Under the pieces are notes generated by a model that ran no database searches, was not told the origin of the DNA, and was given only the letters and a program-made list of their open reading frames with translations. Of a stretch of DNA of 48,911 nucleotides, positions 47,598-48,911 are shown piece after piece. Origin of the DNA: Variovorax sp. GTDB lineage: Bacteria; Pseudomonadota; Gammaproteobacteria; Burkholderiales; Burkholderiaceae_C. Position numbers and translations under genes: made by a program. The stretch spans positions 1-48,911 of the forward strand of contig JAYSRZ010000083.1 in assembly GCA_043720775.1 (NCBI GenBank), written 5' to 3'. Every line of letters starts with the position of its first letter. Within the stretch, counting starts at the first letter, position 1.

Positions 47598-47644
47598 GCT
47601 TGCCAAAGGCTTGCAATAGAGGCATGGATTAAGCTCGAGGCATC

Positions 47645-48487
47645 ATGCAGTTTGTGACCTCACACCCCGGCAGCTCACCTCTCGTGCTTGATTCACCGCA
47701 CAGCGGCACTTATTACCCGCCTGATTTTGGCTTTGCCTGTGATCTGGCTGAGCTGCGCCGCGCGGAAGATACGCATGTGGAAAAGCTCTACAGCTTTGCG
47801 GGAAGTCTAGGATGCGCGTGGATAGAGGCGCATTTTCCGCGCAGCTATTTGGATGCGAACCGCAATCTCACGGAAGTCGATCCCGATATGTTGGATGCGC
47901 CTTGGCCGCATGAGGTGGAGATGCGCGATGCGGCCGTGCTTTCCAAGCGTCGCTTAGGAAAAGGCTTGATTTGGCGGGCGACCGATGATGGAGAGCCGCT
48001 GTATGCGCGGCGCTTGAGTGTGCAAGAAGTGGAGCAGCGTATGGAGCTGTGTTGGAAGCCGTATCACGCTGCGGTGAAAGCTGCGATTGATGCGGCGCAT
48101 GCGCGGCATGGCTACAGCATTCATATCAATTGCCACAGCATGCCCGAGGTGGCAGGCAGCCACGCGACAGAGTTTCCGGGAGAAAAGCATCCCGATTTCG
48201 TGCTTGGCAACCGGGATCACAGCACATCAAGCGAGGCTACTTTGCTATTGATTCGAGAGCACTTAACGCATTGTGGATATAGCGTTTCACTCAATCATCC
48301 CTATAAAGGCGTGGAGCTAGTGCGCCGCTATGGCGAGCCTACCAAGCATCGCCATAGCGTACAAATCGAGATCAATCGCGCGCTGTATATGAACGAGAAG
48401 ACGCTTGAGATCACCGATGGCTTTGCGCCGCTGCGTGAGAATCTCAAGCAACTCATTCTCGCGCTGCAAGGCTTTGATCCGAGGTAA
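47645..48487 (+). CDS. N-formylglutamate amidohydrolase family protein
   Basis: [42 protein letters not shown]. Confidence 0.92.
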   Translation: MQFVTSHPGSSPLVLDSPHSGTYYPPDFGFACDLAELRRAEDTHVEKLYSFAGSLGCAWIEAHFPRSYLDANRNLTEVDPDMLDAPWPHEVEMRDAAVLSKRRLGKGLIWRATDDGEPLYARRLSVQEVEQRMELCWKPYHAAVKAAIDAAHARHGYSIHINCHSMPEVAGSHATEFPGEKHPDFVLGNRDHSTSSEATLLLIREHLTHCGYSVSLNHPYKGVELVRRYGEPTKHRHSVQIEINRALYMNEKTLEITDGFAPLRENLKQLILALQGFDPR

Positions 48488-48491
48488 GCAG

Positions 48492-48911
48492 ATGGATCAC
48501 ATGGATACGATCGTGGTGGGCGCTGGTGTGGTCGGCCTAGCAGTTGCTCGCGCTATCGCGCTCACGGGGCGCGAAGTGATGGTGATTGAAAAGGAAAGCG
48601 CCATCGGGCAGGGCGCGAGCTCGCGCAACAGCGAAGTGGTGCATGGCGGGCTGTATTACGCCACGGATTCGCTCAAAGCCAAGCTCTGTGTGCGCGGCAA
48701 AGAGATGCTTTACGCGTATTGCACAGAGCGTGGTTTGCCGATAGAGCGATGTGGCAAATTGATTGTGGCCACAGACGCTTCGCAATTGCCCAAACTCTTC
48801 CAGATCGAAGCGCAGGCTGCGGCCAACGGTGTGCCAGTGCAGCGCTTGTCGCGTGAAGAGGCCAGAGCGCTTGAGCCGCAGCTTGAATGCATCGCAGCTT
48901 TGCATTCGCCC
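48492..48911 (+). CDS. FAD-dependent oxidoreductase, L-2-hydroxyglutarate oxidase (LhgO)-like, 3'-truncated by window end
   Basis: Manual translation: [52 protein letters not shown]. Confidence 0.85.
   Translation, partial: MDHMDTIVVGAGVVGLAVARAIALTGREVMVIEKESAIGQGASSRNSEVVHGGLYYATDSLKAKLCVRGKEMLYAYCTERGLPIERCGKLIVATDASQLPKLFQIEAQAAANGVPVQRLSREEARALEPQLECIAALHSP

Noticed and set aside
48537-48905. 122-aa minus-strand ORF and the many other antisense ORFs in the track
   Set aside because: Shadow frames of well-supported genes (here the LhgO-like CDS on +)

Overview
Chromosomal window from a betaproteobacterium, most likely Burkholderiales/Comamonadaceae (judged from gene content and order; not verified by search). 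Housekeeping genes are mdh, an SdhR-like GntR regulator, hemH, fbp, pepN, a DEAD-box helicase and tRNA-Thr(CGT). Purine catabolism genes are xdhAB, xdhC and puuD. xdhAB and xdhC are split by a ~7.5 kb accessory island (two PIN TA modules, a Sel1 protein, a J-domain/nuclease-like fusion, an IS91/ISCR-like remnant, a Upf1-like helicase). A ~3.1 kb element encoding only a Rep_trans protein, a tyrosine integrase and small ORFs is integrated in tRNA-Thr between 87-bp direct repeats. A protocatechuate 4,5-cleavage cluster (ligJKIABC) has no ligU in this window but carries a signal-less ModA-fold gene, a candidate isomerase. The most unusual signal is a degenerate, near gap-free ~64-bp DNA motif found 11 times. 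Eight copies lie inside protein-coding genes, in different frames and strands, and one encodes the signal peptide of a Bug protein. All calls come from reading the sequence and recalled family motifs; no searches were run.
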